This document shows, one piece after another, positions 63,128 to 64,000 of a stretch of DNA of 64,000 bases. Location: NCBI GenBank assembly GCA_964247055.1, contig OZ176058.1, positions 806,001 through 870,000 of the forward strand, given 5' to 3'. A program made the translations under genes and the position numbers. Each line of letters starts with the position of its first letter. Position 1 is the first letter of the stretch. The notes under the pieces are model-generated. The model ran no database searches. It was not told where the DNA came from and saw nothing but the letters and a program-made list of their open reading frames with translations. Source of the stretch: Paragordius varius (Eukaryota; Animalia; Nematomorpha).

Positions 63128-64000
63128 CTATATATATATATGTATATATATATTTAAAATTTGAAATTATATGGAAAAATGTATAAATATAAAGACAAAA
63201 TTTTTTTCTCAAAAGACAACCATACTTTTTGAATCATGTTTTTTTTAAAAAAAATAACTGATTGATTGAATTGCTCTAAAATAAATATCTCTATTGAAAA
63301 CACTATTATTATATATATTACGATTGTTAAATTCTTTGAATACAAAAATTAAGGTTTGAAAAGTATGGTTGTTTTCTAATAAAAAATATTTGTCCTTATA
63401 TTTTTACGTTTTGTCCGTATAATTTCAGTTTTTATTTCATATTAAGCCTAATAAAAAAAATATCAAAACAAAACGCTAAAAACCAAGATATTTTTAAAAC
63501 GGCAGCTATACTTTTATTATACAATTTTAAGAAAACTCATCGTTTTAGAATAAAAAACGCAATTTATTTTTGAAATTGCTATATAGAGTTATGTATAAAA
63601 TGTAGAAAAAAATATAGTCAGATCAAATTTTCCTAAAATTCTCCTATTTTTTAGGAAACTATCAAAAATTTGCTAAACCGAGAAAGTAAAAATAACAATC
63701 TTTGAAAATTTATTCTATCGTTATAAAATATTCAATTTTTTAAAAATCTTATGGAAAATTCTAAATTCCTCTACCACTAAAGTGTATTTTTAGTTATCTA
63801 TAAAAAAACACAGTTTTCTAATTTAGGCTATCTAAACTTAAATTATTTTCCATATCAAAACTTGCTGTGAAGATTGAAATTATACGGACAAAACTTAAAA
63901 TATAAAGACATAAGTTTTTTTTTTAAAAGAACACATGATATTTTAAACTTTAACATTCCCTTATAAAACTATTTAATTAATTGATAAATTGATCGTTTTA

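Overview
Extremely AT-rich animal (invertebrate-type) nuclear DNA with four intron-rich genes that can be rebuilt exon by exon from GT-AG sites and reading-frame phase: RBM39/CAPER splicing factor (+, 1348-27689, 5' end not found), a MIER-family ELM2-SANT corepressor (-, 43226-31270, with an in-frame TAA inside the SANT domain), an RMDN/FAM82 protein (+, 46902-57283, with a ~170-aa insertion) and the 3' part of a VAT1/VAT1L-like oxidoreductase (-, 63127-60870). Introns and intergenic DNA hold at least four MITE-like families, a ~30-bp satellite and many (TA)n tracts. The main unexplained structure is an 'exon echo' pattern seen in all four genes. Introns next to an exon carry same-orientation arrays of half-exon copies: acceptor plus exon start upstream of the exon, and exon end plus donor downstream. 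No copy has both splice sites of the source exon. Differences from the real exon, and between copies, are mostly synonymous, and the length changes in the longer copies mostly preserve frame and donor phase, which neutral intronic decay would not produce. Gene identities come from recalled family motifs, not database searches; all counts were made by eye.
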